From: Schmidtea polychroa
Taxonomy: Eukaryota
NCBI GenBank assembly: GCA_044892525.1
Contig: CM097885.1
Location: 11,348,001-11,412,000 of the forward strand
Reading direction: 5' to 3'
Length of the DNA stretch: 64,000 nucleotides
In this document: in pieces, positions 63,415 through 64,000 of the stretch
Layout of the letters: each line of letters begins with the position of its first letter
How positions within the stretch are numbered: position 1 is the first letter of the stretch
Made by a program: the position numbers and the translations under genes
Notes under the pieces: generated by a model
The model's input: the letters and a program-made list of their open reading frames with translations, nothing else
What the model was told of the DNA's origin: nothing
The model's database searches: none

Positions 63415-63813
63415 ATGAATCTTATTTCGAAAAATCCTAAACCTAAACGTAAAACCCGTAAAACCTGTAAAACCGGTAAAAAAGTAGTTAAAAATCATCG
63501 CAGTTTTCCATTTTTTAATGCATTGTTAAAGGCTCCGAGTATGAAAAGAATGAATATATTGCAATCATTCCCAAATTTTGTTGTCGATGATTTACTCAAT
63601 ATTATACTTAAAGTAGTCAAAGGCAAAATTAAAATCAGTAAATCAAAAAAGCATTTATTGAGCAAACATAAGAAACCTTTATTATCTTTAGTAAATAATA
63701 AAAATCGTAAGCAAATGAGGAAAATTATATATAAACAACAAGGTGGATTTATTGGTGCATTGATACCTCTGGCATTATCATTATTAGGTGGAGTTGTAGG
63801 AAATCAATCATAA
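63415..63813 (+). CDS. Basic Polinton virion protein with a C-terminal amphipathic peptide after QQGG
   Basis: K/R-rich; QQGG|FIGALIPLALSLLGGVVG. Confidence 0.8.
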   Translation: MNLISKNPKPKRKTRKTCKTGKKVVKNHRSFPFFNALLKAPSMKRMNILQSFPNFVVDDLLNIILKVVKGKIKISKSKKHLLSKHKKPLLSLVNNKNRKQMRKIIYKQQGGFIGALIPLALSLLGGVVGNQS

Positions 63814-63816
63814 ACA

Positions 63817-64000
63817 ATGGGTGCTAATCCTTCATTGCCCGACATTAAATTTAATTTTAAATCTTCTTGTTGTAATGGAGAAGATTTGGACGAACCCAGA
63901 AGACGAAGCCGGTTTCGGTGGAGTGGCAAAATTAAACAAAAGAGTTCCGAATTCGAAAAAAGAAACCCAGAAGTGGTTATCAGATCAGCTTGCGTACAGT
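63817..64000 (+). CDS. Partial ORF with an N-myristoylation-like start
   Basis: MGANPS...SSCC; open to the window end. Confidence 0.5.
   Translation, partial: MGANPSLPDIKFNFKSSCCNGEDLDEPRRRSRFRWSGKIKQKSSEFEKRNPEVVIRSACVQ

Overview
AT-rich animal genomic DNA with (ATT/AAT)n microsatellites and 41-50 nt GT-AG introns. It resembles planarian or other invertebrate DNA, but that is an inference. The window is almost entirely nested mobile elements, and I see no intact host gene. (1) There are two complementary pieces of a Polinton/Maverick (adintovirus-like) element. 1947-8706 carries the integrase tail, penton, core protein, major capsid, adenain protease and the 5' part of pPolB. 58057-64000 carries a terminus with a dense motif array, intron-containing accessory genes (including a Bcl-2 homolog), a TBP-like gene, the packaging ATPase and core proteins. 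A truncated second terminus starts at 51076. (2) A large Ty3/Gypsy-type retroelement (about 8707-24584) encodes a reconstructed single polyprotein of about 3,300 aa with a highly unusual order: Gag, two ubiquitin-like domains, a Bcl-2-like domain, a signal peptide plus chuvirus-like envelope glycoprotein, PR-RT-RNaseH-IN, then a second signal peptide plus a type I membrane protein with a PPxY motif. It also has sense and antisense spliced accessory ORFs. This copy is broken by three stops and one frameshift. (3) The rest comprises a second related Gypsy 5' end (LTR, tRNA-Trp PBS, gag), a diverged env remnant, hAT/Tc1/pogo relics, local duplications and host pseudogene fragments (myosin II, CK1, RPS16, La motif). 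All protein family calls come from motif recognition by eye; no database searches were run.
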